A stretch of 58,446 bases of DNA from an uncultured Planctomycetales bacterium (GTDB lineage: Bacteria > Omnitrophota > Gorgyraeia > Gygaellales > Profunditerraquicolaceae). The translations under genes were made by a program, and so were the position numbers. Below are positions 19,037-28,236 of this stretch, in pieces. The stretch covers positions 1 through 58,446 of the forward strand of contig CAZAPM010000013.1 in NCBI GenBank assembly GCA_964487475.1. Direction: 5' to 3'. The notes under the pieces are model-generated. The model saw only the letters and a program-made list of their open reading frames with translations, did not search any database and had not been told where the DNA came from. Within the stretch, counting starts at the first letter, position 1. Every line of letters starts with the position of its first letter.

Positions 19037-20286
19037 GGGCTTTCCTGGGTCGGATGAAGGAGAACGTGATCGGGGTGCTCCTGTTGTGCCTGAGCCTCTG
19101 TCTGTGCGTGCTGCTCCTGGACCTGGTGATACTTCCCTCGGGATTGGCCAGGGCGCCCAAAGGATTGTGGAGGTTCATACTTCCGGACCAGTTGTTCGCG
19201 CTTACCCTGCGGACCAAACAGGGGCTTCTTCCCCGGCACTACCTTGGCCTGCTGGGGGATTCCTTTGCCATCGGGCTCGGCGATGAATGGGAGCGGATGC
19301 CGTGGTGGCAAAACCGCGGGCTGGGGGTCGGCGCGCGGATCTTCGCAAAGGGCGGCCGCGAGGTGATGGTGTTCGCCAAGGCCGGAGCCGGCAGCGTAGA
19401 GCCGGTGATGTTCGCCCTGCTTCAGCCGCAGCTGCTTTCCCGCTCCGTGTTTTACAAGCTGGAGCCTCCTTCCGAGTTGCTGGTGTTCTTTTATGAAGGC
19501 AATGATGTGGAGAACAATCTTTACTTCCTTGCGCAGAAATTCGCTCCGGGGCATGACCTGGAGCGCGTGCGCGATCCGGAGTATTTCCAGCGTTTCCTGG
19601 AATCCGAGATCTTCCGGAAACACGTGTATTACCGGAAAGGACGTAGTTTTGCATGGCACGACAATTTTTTCGGTACGAAAAAAACGCTGCAGGTGGGGCT
19701 GACGCATGTGAATTATCTCGCAGGCGAGCTCCTGGTGCGGATGGGATTCCCTCAGCCGATGTATAGAAGGATCCGTTATCTGGACCTGGGGGATCCGGGC
19801 AGTTACAACCAGGTATCGATCGCGCAGGAGCGTATCTCATTGCGTTCTTTTTTGCAGGGCCCGGCGTTGGATTTAAGCGACGAGCAGGTTTCTTTGGGAG
19901 TGTACGTGTTCGAGCAGTGTCTGCGTTTCCTCCGGGAGCGCCTGCCCGATACCCGGATCGTCGTGGCGTATCTGCCTTCCGTGCTTTCGGTATACGAAGT
20001 GGTCTCTCCGCAGGTGAGCGTCGAACAGAGGAACCAGCACCCGGGGTATTTTACTCCGGAGCAGGTCAGGCAGCGCAGCGAATCGATGGCCGGCCTGGTC
20101 CGGGCTGCCGCCGAAGGCCAGGGGTGCGTATTCGTGGATACCCGTCCGGCTCTGCGGGAAGCGGCAACGCAGTCCGCGGTGCACGGCCCCCGGGACTGGA
20201 AGCATTTCAACAAGACGGGGTATGACGTACTGACGGACGCGATCTTGCCGAAGCTTAAGGCCGGTACAATCGGGGAAAAGCCGTGA
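19024..20286 (+). CDS. membrane-anchored SGNH hydrolase/AlgX-like protein
   Basis: N-terminal TM, LGDSF, YEGND, DWKHFNKTGY. Confidence 0.75.
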   Translation: MRWVRAFLGRMKENVIGVLLLCLSLCLCVLLLDLVILPSGLARAPKGLWRFILPDQLFALTLRTKQGLLPRHYLGLLGDSFAIGLGDEWERMPWWQNRGLGVGARIFAKGGREVMVFAKAGAGSVEPVMFALLQPQLLSRSVFYKLEPPSELLVFFYEGNDVENNLYFLAQKFAPGHDLERVRDPEYFQRFLESEIFRKHVYYRKGRSFAWHDNFFGTKKTLQVGLTHVNYLAGELLVRMGFPQPMYRRIRYLDLGDPGSYNQVSIAQERISLRSFLQGPALDLSDEQVSLGVYVFEQCLRFLRERLPDTRIVVAYLPSVLSVYEVVSPQVSVEQRNQHPGYFTPEQVRQRSESMAGLVRAAAEGQGCVFVDTRPALREAATQSAVHGPRDWKHFNKTGYDVLTDAILPKLKAGTIGEKP

Positions 20287-20293
20287 GGGGGAT

Positions 20294-21247
20294 ATGCGCG
20301 AAGCGATAAAAATGGGGATCAGCGCGTGTTTGCTGGGGGAGCCGGTGCGCTATGACGGCAGCCATAAGCTCGATCATTACCTGAAAGATACTCTTGGCGC
20401 GTTCGTGCAATGGGTGGCGGTATGCCCCGAGGTCGAGTGCGGGATGTCCACTCCCCGGGAGGCGGTCAGGCTGGTAGGCAGTGTCGAGTCTCCCCGGCTG
20501 ATGACCAGCCGCACGCATGTGGACAAGACCGCGCAGATGCTGCGCTGGAGCAGGGAAAAACTCGATGCGCTGGAGAAGGAGGACCTCTGCGGGTTCGTGT
20601 TCAAGAGCGATTCCCCCAGCTCGGGCCTTAAGAATATCCGGGTGTACAATGAGGCAGGCATGGCGGTCAGCCGCAAGGGCTCCGGGATCTTTGCCCGGGC
20701 CTTTACGGAGCGTTTCCCTCTGATCCCCGCCGAGGATGACGGCAGGCTGCGCGACCCGAAGCTGAGGGAGAATTTCATCGAACGGGTCTTTGTGTATTTC
20801 CGCTGGAAACAGTATGTGCGCACGGACGGTTCCTTGGGGGGACTGGTGGATTTCCACGCCCGGCATAAGCTTACGCTGATGGCCCATTCCCCGAAAGCCC
20901 TGCAGGAGCTCGGCCGCCTGGTGGCCCAGGCGAAGAAAATGCCCCGGCAGCAGGCGTTATCCGGGTACCTGTCCGGAATGATGCAGGCGCTGGAGAATCC
21001 CGCCACGGCCAAGAAGAACACCAACGTGCTGGAGCATATCGCCGGGTATTTCAAGGAGCACCTCACGGCAGAGGAGAAGCAGGAGCTGCTCGAGGTCATT
21101 GGGCTCTACCATAAGGAGTTGGTACCGCTTATCGTGCCGGTGGTGTTGTTATGTCATTATGTGCGCAAATACCGGATCGAGTACCTTTCCCGGCAGGCGT
21201 ATCTTTATCCCCATCCTCAGGAGCTGATGCTGCGCAATCACGTCTAG
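20294..21247 (+). CDS. DUF523/DUF1722 (YbbK-YbgA) protein
   Basis: GISACLLGEPVRYDG, VCPEVE, SPSSG, LRENF, LRNHV. Confidence 0.92.
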   Translation: MREAIKMGISACLLGEPVRYDGSHKLDHYLKDTLGAFVQWVAVCPEVECGMSTPREAVRLVGSVESPRLMTSRTHVDKTAQMLRWSREKLDALEKEDLCGFVFKSDSPSSGLKNIRVYNEAGMAVSRKGSGIFARAFTERFPLIPAEDDGRLRDPKLRENFIERVFVYFRWKQYVRTDGSLGGLVDFHARHKLTLMAHSPKALQELGRLVAQAKKMPRQQALSGYLSGMMQALENPATAKKNTNVLEHIAGYFKEHLTAEEKQELLEVIGLYHKELVPLIVPVVLLCHYVRKYRIEYLSRQAYLYPHPQELMLRNHV

Positions 21248-21251
21248 GCTC

Positions 21252-21280
21252 TTGCATAATCGATCCCTTGTGCTTATAAT
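21252..21280 (+). promoter_or_regulatory. sigma70-type promoter of gmd operon
   Basis: TTGCAT-N17-TATAAT. Confidence 0.6.
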
Positions 21281-21338
21281 GAGAGGAGTTACGGTGTCCT
21301 TCCCAATGGATCTTCCGCGGCAATAAGGAGAGCGCAGC

Positions 21339-22382
21339 ATGAAAAAGGCCCTGATCACCGGTATCACCGGCCAGGACGGTTCCTATCTGGCCGAGTTCCT
21401 TCTGAACAAAGGTTATGAAGTGCATGGCATCGTGCGCCGCGCCAGTACCTTTAATACTCCCCGCCTGGACCATCTGTACAAAGGCCTGCATAAACGCAAT
21501 CCCAACCTTTTCCTGCATTACGGAGATATCAGCGATTCCGAGCAGATCGCGGGCATTATCTATAACGTGAAACCCTCGGAGATATATCATCTCGCCGCGC
21601 AGAGCCACGTGCGCGTAAGTTTCGATATGCCGGAGTTCACCAGTAACGTGACGGGTCTCGGGATCACGCGTATCCTGGAAGCGATGCGGCGCAGCCGGCT
21701 CAAGGCCAGGCTTTACCAGGCTTCCTCATCCGAGATGTTCGGCGCGGCCAGGCCTCCGCAGAGCGAGCATACGGCGTTCAAGCCCCGTTCCCCGTACGCC
21801 TGCGCCAAAGCATACGCCTTTTGGATGGTCGTGAATTACCGGGACGGGTACGATCTCTACGCCACGAACGGAGTGCTCTTCAACCATGAAAGCCCCCGCC
21901 GGGGAGAGAATTTCGTCACCCGCAAGGTGACCATGGGCGTGGCGCGCATCGTGGCGGGCAAGCAGAAAAAACTTTATCTGGGCAACCTCAACGCCGGCCG
22001 GGACTGGGGGTATGCGCCGGAGTACGTGGAGATGATGTGGCAGATGCTGGCGTTGCCGAAACCGGGGGATTACGTGGTCGGCACCGGAGAAGCGCACACG
22101 GTCAAGGAGTTCGTGTCCGAGGCGTTCAAATATGTCGGCCTCAACTGGAAGAAATACGTGGAGATCGACCCGCGTTATTTCCGTCCCACGGAAACGGAGA
22201 CCCTGATCGCGGATGCTTCGAAAGCCCGCAAGGCGCTGGGATGGAAGCCCAAGATAGTGTTCCCCGACCTGGTCAAGATCATGATGGATGCGGATATGCG
22301 GGCGCAGGGAGTGACTCCCGTAGGGGAAGGCGACAGGATCCTGGCGAAAAAATTCCCCCGCCGCTGGTGGAGCGTGGACTAA
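21339..22382 (+). CDS. gmd: GDP-mannose 4,6-dehydratase
   Basis: [42 protein letters not shown]. Confidence 0.97.
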   Translation: MKKALITGITGQDGSYLAEFLLNKGYEVHGIVRRASTFNTPRLDHLYKGLHKRNPNLFLHYGDISDSEQIAGIIYNVKPSEIYHLAAQSHVRVSFDMPEFTSNVTGLGITRILEAMRRSRLKARLYQASSSEMFGAARPPQSEHTAFKPRSPYACAKAYAFWMVVNYRDGYDLYATNGVLFNHESPRRGENFVTRKVTMGVARIVAGKQKKLYLGNLNAGRDWGYAPEYVEMMWQMLALPKPGDYVVGTGEAHTVKEFVSEAFKYVGLNWKKYVEIDPRYFRPTETETLIADASKARKALGWKPKIVFPDLVKIMMDADMRAQGVTPVGEGDRILAKKFPRRWWSVD

Positions 22383-22383
22383 G

Positions 22384-23322
22384 ATGGCATTCTGGGAGAA
22401 GGCCCGGGTGATGGTCACGGGCGGGGACGGTTTCCTGGGCAAAGTGGTGGTGGAAAAATTGCGCGCGCGGGGCTGTCGGGAGATATTCGTGCCGACCGTG
22501 GAAGCGTATAACCTCGTGGATATGGACGCGGTGGTGCGGGCGTATGAGGCGGGGGCTCCGGATATCGTGCTGCATCTGGCCGGGAAAGTCGGCTCGATCG
22601 AGGAGAACCGTCTTCAGCCGGGAGAGTATTATTACTCGAATTTGATGATGGGCACGCAGCTGATGGAGGTGGGCCGGCAGCGCGGGGTGAAAAAGTTCGT
22701 GATCTGCGGCACCATGTCGTCATACCCTAAAGACGCTTCGATCCCCCTGAAGGAAGAGGATTTCTGGAGCGGGTATCCGGATGAAGTGGCGGCTCCGTAT
22801 GCCATGGCCAAAAAGGTCCTGGCAGTGCAGGCGGCGGCGTATCGCAGCCAGTACGGTTTCAAGGCGGTCATGCCGCTGCTGGCGAACATTTACGGGCCCG
22901 GGGATTATGCGGCAGCGTCCCGCGCCCATGTCATTGCCTCGACCATCCGCAAATGCCTGGAAGCGTCCGATTCCCGCCGTGAGGAGATCGTCGCCTGGGG
23001 TTCGGGAGAGACGACGCGGGAGTTCCTGTTCGTGGAGGACGCGGCAGAAGGATTGCTGCGGGTGGCGGAGCATTATGATGCCCCTGAGCCGGTCAATATC
23101 GGCACCGGCCAGGAGGTGCGCATCCGCGACCTGGTGGGGATGATCGCCAGGATCGCAGGGTATTCCGGACACGTGGTGTGGGACGAGACCAAGCCTGCAG
23201 GAGCGATGCGCCGGTGCGCCGATGTCTCCAAGGCGTGGCACTGTTGCGGGTTCCGCGCGGGGGTCAGCCTGGAGGAAGGGCTCACCCGTACCGTTTCCTG
23301 GTTCAGGGGCCTGCCGCGGTGA
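22384..23322 (+). CDS. fcl: GDP-L-fucose synthase family epimerase/reductase (variant active site)
   Basis: TGGDGFLG, HLAGKVG, YAMAK, NIYGP, HVI, WGSG..TREFL. GTMSSYP replaces GxxCxYP. Confidence 0.8.
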   Translation: MAFWEKARVMVTGGDGFLGKVVVEKLRARGCREIFVPTVEAYNLVDMDAVVRAYEAGAPDIVLHLAGKVGSIEENRLQPGEYYYSNLMMGTQLMEVGRQRGVKKFVICGTMSSYPKDASIPLKEEDFWSGYPDEVAAPYAMAKKVLAVQAAAYRSQYGFKAVMPLLANIYGPGDYAAASRAHVIASTIRKCLEASDSRREEIVAWGSGETTREFLFVEDAAEGLLRVAEHYDAPEPVNIGTGQEVRIRDLVGMIARIAGYSGHVVWDETKPAGAMRRCADVSKAWHCCGFRAGVSLEEGLTRTVSWFRGLPR

Positions 23323-24635
23323 GCAGGAACGTAAAGCGGGTTCTGGCGGCGGCGGTGTGCGTCTGGGCGCTGGCTGAGGCGGCGGTCAGGATATTCCCTT
23401 CGGCGTTCGAGCGCTATCTCGTTCCCTGGGGGACCTGGCAGGACGGTTGTTTCGATCCCGAGCTGGGCAATACGGGGTGCCCTTCCCAGAAGGGGTTTTT
23501 CCGCAGGGAAGGATGCCTGCGCATCGATGGCGCCGTTTCCAATCCTCTGGGGTTCTTCGGGAGGGTGCCTTTGCCGGATGATCCCCAGCCTCGTATCGGA
23601 GTGCTGGGGGATTCGTTCGTGGGAGCGCCGTTCGTGGAGGAGAGGGCATTAGCCCCTTCGATCCTGGAGCGCTGGTGGAAGGTACCGGTGGTCAACACCG
23701 CGATCGCCGGCACCGGCACGCTGCAGCAGCAGCTGGTCTACCGCCGTGTGCTCAAGTCCTGGAAGCCTGCGCTGGTGCTGTTGTTCTTTTACTTTGAGAA
23801 CGATGTGCTGGATAACCACTGTGATCTGAGGATCTATTCCGGAGGCGGCAGCTGCCGGCCCTGCGGGTTCCTTAAGGACGGCACTCTGGAGATCCGGCCG
23901 GATTTTCCTGTGCCGGCTGTTCCCCGCGCCCCGGTCATCGGTGCGCTGCGCAAGGTGTCCGCCGGATGCCGCAGTTGCCGGGTGGCATTCAAGATCGTGC
24001 GGCCGGCAGTGGAGAACGTCTGGCTTGGCCTGATATCGAATCCCGGGTTATCCCGGTACCTGGAAGTATTCGATCCCCGCGGCAGCCGGCAATGGGATGA
24101 GGCCTGGGCGGTGACGGAGCAGTTGCTCGTTTCCCTGGACCGGGAGGTGCGCAGCGACGGCGGCACGCTGGTGGTGGTATCAGTTCCTTCGTCGATCTCT
24201 TTTCTCCCGGAGAGGGAGTACCGCAAGTTCAATGCCGGGGCGCATCCCCTCAGCGATCCGGGGTATCCGGGGAGGAGGCTGCAGGGCATCCTGGTCCGCA
24301 ATAGCATCCCGGCGGTCGACCTGGAAAAGGAATTCCTTGCGTACAAGGAGCGCATCGGTTTGCCCGTGCCGTACTTTTCCTATCGCTGCGACCGGCACTG
24401 GAGCCCGCTGGGGCACGCCTTGGCGGCGGCAGCGATCACGAAGCACGTATTGGAGAAGAAGTGGGTACAGCTCGATCCCTTACGGGAGCGGCAGGCTTTA
24501 CGCGCGAGTGAGGCTCTTTTGCGGATGCCTCCCGAGGATATCCTGGGGGCTTCGGCCTGGCAGCGGATCAGGCGCGGGAAACTTTATACCGGGGATTCGC
24601 AGGCCGGGGATATCGGCGCGGATCTTGGAGAGTAA
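23319..24635 (+). CDS. SGNH/GDSL (AlgX-like) protein
   Basis: N-terminal TM, LGDSF, ENDVLDN, DRHWSPLGH. GTG start overlaps the fcl stop. Confidence 0.78.
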   Translation: MSRNVKRVLAAAVCVWALAEAAVRIFPSAFERYLVPWGTWQDGCFDPELGNTGCPSQKGFFRREGCLRIDGAVSNPLGFFGRVPLPDDPQPRIGVLGDSFVGAPFVEERALAPSILERWWKVPVVNTAIAGTGTLQQQLVYRRVLKSWKPALVLLFFYFENDVLDNHCDLRIYSGGGSCRPCGFLKDGTLEIRPDFPVPAVPRAPVIGALRKVSAGCRSCRVAFKIVRPAVENVWLGLISNPGLSRYLEVFDPRGSRQWDEAWAVTEQLLVSLDREVRSDGGTLVVVSVPSSISFLPEREYRKFNAGAHPLSDPGYPGRRLQGILVRNSIPAVDLEKEFLAYKERIGLPVPYFSYRCDRHWSPLGHALAAAAITKHVLEKKWVQLDPLRERQALRASEALLRMPPEDILGASAWQRIRRGKLYTGDSQAGDIGADLGE

Positions 24636-24637
24636 GG

Positions 24638-25015
24638 ATGAAAAAGGAACTTATCATTGTCGGGGACAGGGTGTTGATCGAGCCCGATGACCATCAGGAC
24701 CGTACCGATACGGGGCTCTACCTTCCTCAGGGGGTCAGGGAAAAGGAGAAGGTGCAGCGCGGCCGGGTGATCAAGATCGGTCCCGGTTATCCCATTCCCG
24801 ATCCTGCGGCGATCGAGGTGGAGCCTTGGGAAAACTCCTCGGCGCAAAAACAGTATTTCCCTTTGCAGGCGAAGGAGGGTGATCTTTGCATCTTCCTGCG
24901 TAATTCCGGGGTGGAAGTGGAGTATGAAGGGAAGAAGTACGTGGTGGTGCCTCATGCGGCGCTGCTGGTGATCCTGCGTCCGGGTGAAGATGACGTGTTG
25001 CGCGAAGAGTTCTGA
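24638..25015 (+). CDS. GroES-family co-chaperonin (orphan, extended loop)
   Basis: GDRVLI, TDTGLYLP mobile loop, GRVIKIGPG, KEGD, EVEYEGKKY. Confidence 0.88.
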   Translation: MKKELIIVGDRVLIEPDDHQDRTDTGLYLPQGVREKEKVQRGRVIKIGPGYPIPDPAAIEVEPWENSSAQKQYFPLQAKEGDLCIFLRNSGVEVEYEGKKYVVVPHAALLVILRPGEDDVLREEF

Positions 25016-25034
25016 TATATTATAATACAACCCT

Positions 25035-27203
25035 ATGGCCGATCCCGTTGGTAGCGAACAATATGCGGCGCTGGTGACACATCTGGTCACCGCCTTGCGC
25101 AAAGTCTCGCTGTATCCCATCAAGCATCCGGTGGTAGCCGCCTCCGTCAAGGAGATCACCGCGATCCTTACCCGCATCCTGGCGGAGAAACACGCGTTCA
25201 ATTTCACCCTTTCTTCAGACGGCAAGATACTCGCGGAGAGCCAGACCATCCCCTCCCAGGGCGCCTGGTCCAGCGAGGCGCTGTATCCGTATTTCAAGAA
25301 GCTCAATATCGAGAGCCTGACCTTCAACGAAGGCCTGACGGAGTCCGAGATCGAGGGGTTGCTCAAGCTGCTGTTGCTCGACGCCGACCAGATCGCGCAG
25401 AGATCGAAGGGAGATATCGCCGCGCTTTTCGCGGAGTTCGGGATACCGCATTTGAGCGCGGACCTTTTTTCCTATGTGAAGGTGAAGAAGGGCGAGGAAG
25501 GCCTGGTGGGCAAGGGTCCCGGCAAGGGACCCGGTAAGGGACCCGGCGAGGGCCCCGGTGACGGCTCTGGTGCAGGTCCCGGTGCAGGTCCCGGTGAAGG
25601 CCCGGGTTTGGGCCCGGGGGACGGAGGAACGGGAACCGGTCCTGCGGGAGAAGTATTGCCGCCGGGCCAGGTCGCGGTCGAGGCGGATGTCCTGGAGATG
25701 CTCAAGGCCAAGATCAAGGAGTTCTCCGCGAAAAAAGTGCATACTCCCGAGGAGTGCGCGGCTGCGGAGCAGGAACTTGTGCCCGCGATCGCCCAGGAAC
25801 TTAAAGAGAAGAAGAAGGTCGGCGCTCCGCTGCGCGACCTGTATAAGAAGCTCCTGCTGCATGTCGAGGAGAAGGATGCGGCGCTGGTGCGGCTTAAAGA
25901 TGCCCTGGAGAAAGCCGGGTGTTCGCTCGAGGACGTGGATGTCCTGGTGGAGAAGCTCAAGGAGACCATGGAGAAGAAACCGCGGGCCAGAGGCTCTGCC
26001 GGCGGGATCGATCCGAAGGAGTACGAGCGCCTGTCGAAGGAGAACGAGGACCTGCGGGAAAAAGTGTCTTTGATGGAGCAGCAGCTCTCGGTGCAGGGGG
26101 CGGGCAGCGTGCAGGAGGTGGAGCAGAGGCTTCAGGAGGTCTCCCTGGAAAAGGAGCGGGTGGAGAATGTCGTGCGCAACATGGCGGACGGCATGGTGGT
26201 GGTCGATCCTCAGGGCAAGATCCTGATGGTCAACCAGTCCGCGGAGCAGCTTCTGGGGATCAGTATGGCGGATGTGGGAAAATCCATCCGCGAAGTGGTC
26301 AAGGACGAGCATCTGTTGACCATCGTCAAGAGCCTCGATCCCCAGGCGCAGGAGAGCGAGAAGGATATCGAGCTGGTGAGTTCGGACGAGACCAAGAAGG
26401 TGGTGCGCGCCTCCAGCGCGGTGGTCACCGATCCTTCCGGCAAGACCGTGGGTATGGTCACGACCCTTAACGATATCACCAAGCAGAAGGAGATCGAGCG
26501 GCTTAAGGAGGGGTTTGTCGCCAGCGTTTCGCATGAGCTGCGCACTCCCCTGGTGGCGGTGCAGAAATCCCTGGAGATGATGGGCGGGGCGGGTACGGTG
26601 GATCCCCAGCAGAAGCAGATCCTGGATATCGCTGACCGTAACTTGAAGCGCCTGACCCTGCTGATCAACGATATGCTGGACCTCGCGAAACTTGAGGCCG
26701 GGAGGATGCAGATCAATCCCGTGCCGGGGCAGATCGCCAAAGCGGTATCGGAGGCGGTGGCTACCATGAACAACTGGGCGAGCGCCAAGTCCCTGACCCT
26801 GGAGAAGGATGTGCCCGAGGGGCTGCCGGAGCTCGTGTTCGATCCCAACCGCGTGATCCAGGTACTGAACAACCTTATCGGCAACGCCATCAAGTTCACC
26901 CCGGAACGCGGGGTCATCAGGGTCTCCGTGCGGATGAACGAGGGGATGCGCCGGATGGAAGTGAGCGTGCGCGACAGCGGCATCGGGATCCCTGCGGAGA
27001 AGCTGCCCAATGTCTTCCAGAAGTTCTTTCAGGTGGGGGAGCGTACCTCCACCGATATCAGCGGCACGGGGATCGGCCTGGCCATCTGCAAGGAGATCGT
27101 GGTCCTGCACGGCGGCACGATCTGGGTGGAAAGCGAGCACGGCAAGGGATCGGTGTTCACCTTCGCCTTGCCTTTAGAGGTTCAGGCTAAAAAAGAGGAG
27201 TAG
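25035..27203 (+). CDS. cytoplasmic PAS sensor histidine kinase with long N-terminal extension
   Basis: SLYPIKHP N-domain, GxGP repeat, coiled coil, PAS (ADGMVVVD), SHELRTPL, NAIKFT, GTGIGL. Confidence 0.9.
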   Translation: MADPVGSEQYAALVTHLVTALRKVSLYPIKHPVVAASVKEITAILTRILAEKHAFNFTLSSDGKILAESQTIPSQGAWSSEALYPYFKKLNIESLTFNEGLTESEIEGLLKLLLLDADQIAQRSKGDIAALFAEFGIPHLSADLFSYVKVKKGEEGLVGKGPGKGPGKGPGEGPGDGSGAGPGAGPGEGPGLGPGDGGTGTGPAGEVLPPGQVAVEADVLEMLKAKIKEFSAKKVHTPEECAAAEQELVPAIAQELKEKKKVGAPLRDLYKKLLLHVEEKDAALVRLKDALEKAGCSLEDVDVLVEKLKETMEKKPRARGSAGGIDPKEYERLSKENEDLREKVSLMEQQLSVQGAGSVQEVEQRLQEVSLEKERVENVVRNMADGMVVVDPQGKILMVNQSAEQLLGISMADVGKSIREVVKDEHLLTIVKSLDPQAQESEKDIELVSSDETKKVVRASSAVVTDPSGKTVGMVTTLNDITKQKEIERLKEGFVASVSHELRTPLVAVQKSLEMMGGAGTVDPQQKQILDIADRNLKRLTLLINDMLDLAKLEAGRMQINPVPGQIAKAVSEAVATMNNWASAKSLTLEKDVPEGLPELVFDPNRVIQVLNNLIGNAIKFTPERGVIRVSVRMNEGMRRMEVSVRDSGIGIPAEKLPNVFQKFFQVGERTSTDISGTGIGLAICKEIVVLHGGTIWVESEHGKGSVFTFALPLEVQAKKEE
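25509..25628 (+). repeat. 12-bp coding tandem repeat (~10 units, G-x-G-P)
   Basis: ggcaagggtccc ggcaagggaccc ggtaagggaccc ggcgagggcccc ... ggtgcaggtccc x2. Confidence 0.85.
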
Positions 27204-27207
27204 GGAT

Positions 27208-28236
27208 ATGGATCAGCTTTTGCGCAAGATACTCGATACTCCCGGGGTTTCCGGGTATGAAGGGGATATCGCCGCGGTCATGGCGGCAGAGCTCAAGAAA
27301 TGCTGCGATGAGGTCACGACGGACCATTTCGGCAACGTGATCGCACGCAAGGGCAAAGGCAAGAAGAAGGTCATGCTGGCCGCGCATATGGACGAGATCG
27401 GCCTGATCGTCAAGCATATCGGCAAGGAAGGGTACGTCAGTTTCATCAAGGTCGGCGGCATCGACGACCGGATCCTGGTCTCCCAGAGGGTAGTGATCAA
27501 GGGGCGCAAAGGAGAGGTGTTCGGGATCATCGGTTCCAAGCCTCCGCATCTGCTGCGCGAAGAGGAGCGCAAGCAGGGGCTCAAGTACGACGATATGTTC
27601 ATCGATATCGGAGCCCGCTCCAGGGAAGAGGCGGAGAAGCTGGTGGCGCTCGGAGATCCGGCGGTGTTCCTGTCCGGTTCCGGGATGCTTAACGACCGTT
27701 TCGTCTACGGCAAGGCGGTAGATAACCGCGCCGGCTGTTACGCGCTGATCAAGGTGATGCAGCAGCTTAAGAATCCCAAGGCGCAGGTGTATGCGGTGGC
27801 TACCTGCCAGGAGGAAGTGGGTCTGAAGGGCGCGCGTACCAGCGCCTTCCGCATCGCGCCGGACCTGGCGATCGCGCTGGACACGACCGTGGCCGGGGAT
27901 ACCCCCCAGATCAAGGAGAAGGAATCGGCGCTGAAGCTGGGCGCGGGAGTGGCCATTACTCTGATCGAGGCTTCCGGACGCGGGCTGATCGTCAGCGAAA
28001 AGATCAAAAACCTCTTTATTGATACCGCGAAAAGGAATAGAATAAAGCATCAGGTGGATATCATTGACGGCGGCATGACAGACGGAGCGATGATCTACCT
28101 CAACCGGGAAGGCGTGCCGACGGGAACGCTGGCGATCCCCAGCCGTTACATCCATTCGCCCACGGGGGTCTTCTCCCTGGACGATCTGGAGGCGGCGGTT
28201 TCCCTTACGGTCAAGATACTCGGAGAATTCTCGTGA
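27208..28236 (+). CDS. M42 family metallo-aminopeptidase
   Basis: GVSGYE, AAHMDEIG, KAVDNRAG, QEEVG, RYIHS. Confidence 0.93.
   Translation: MDQLLRKILDTPGVSGYEGDIAAVMAAELKKCCDEVTTDHFGNVIARKGKGKKKVMLAAHMDEIGLIVKHIGKEGYVSFIKVGGIDDRILVSQRVVIKGRKGEVFGIIGSKPPHLLREEERKQGLKYDDMFIDIGARSREEAEKLVALGDPAVFLSGSGMLNDRFVYGKAVDNRAGCYALIKVMQQLKNPKAQVYAVATCQEEVGLKGARTSAFRIAPDLAIALDTTVAGDTPQIKEKESALKLGAGVAITLIEASGRGLIVSEKIKNLFIDTAKRNRIKHQVDIIDGGMTDGAMIYLNREGVPTGTLAIPSRYIHSPTGVFSLDDLEAAVSLTVKILGEFS

Noticed and set aside
25215..27140. 641-aa antisense ORF (also 50330-52021, 28671-29927, 234-1253 and similar)
   Set aside because: Shadow frames of real genes in GC-rich DNA, with no motifs or RBS.
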